A DNA stretch of 64,000 nt from Octopus sinensis (Eukaryota), in NCBI RefSeq assembly GCF_006345805.1, contig NC_043003.1:22878001-22942000 (forward strand), in the 5' to 3' direction. Under the pieces are notes generated by a model. The model worked only from the letters and a program-made list of their open reading frames with translations. It had not been told where the DNA came from and ran no database searches. This document shows, piece by piece, positions 63,791-64,000 of this stretch. The position numbers were made by a program, and so were the translations under genes. Numbering within the stretch: position 1 is the stretch's first letter; each line of letters opens with the position of its first letter.

Positions 63791-64000
63791 TAAAAAGTTA
63801 CTATCTTACTATTATTAAATGTTCGAAAAGATTTTGCTTTTCTACTTACAATATAAATGTACTTTATGATATGAATGTACTTGAATAGATTCATATTTGC
63901 TGAAAGTTTTAGAAGCTGTCTTTCTTTTACGATTTAGATAACTTAGGATCGTATTTCTTTTGACGATGCCAATTTAGTTCCCTCTGTTACAAAAGGAATT

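Overview
This is AT-rich, microsatellite-dense eukaryotic non-coding DNA, intronic or intergenic. The repeat families look like those of coleoid cephalopods, probably Octopus; that is an inference from family resemblance, not a database match. I cannot support any intact host protein-coding exon, tRNA or rRNA gene. Nearly all ORFs in the supplied track are translations of simple repeats, SINEs or decayed transposons. The window contains: (i) dozens of tRNA-derived SINEs in three groups, labelled here A, B and C, with group A often in head-to-tail multimers; (ii) Tc1/mariner elements, including one full-length 1,294-bp DD34D mariner with TIRs, TA duplication and a dead transposase at 57580-58873; (iii) fossils of R4/Dong-like (restriction-like endonuclease) LINEs, an RTE-like LINE, a hAT transposase, Helentron-associated (HINE-like) elements and a piggyBac-like MITE; (iv) several fold-back or palindromic elements, most next to (TA)n; and (v) a 100-N assembly gap at 18795-18894. 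The most notable observations are: minimal hammerhead ribozymes of the Penelope/retrozyme type, including an intact head-to-head pair in an inverted repeat at 17603-17984; evidence that SINE-A inserts at a GGTATT-like motif that also lies in its own head, which would explain its tandem arrays; a chimera of an (AAT)n-associated non-coding element with a Dong-like LINE tail; a near-perfect 290-bp palindrome; and a decayed coding-like segment of unknown origin at 62840-63372.
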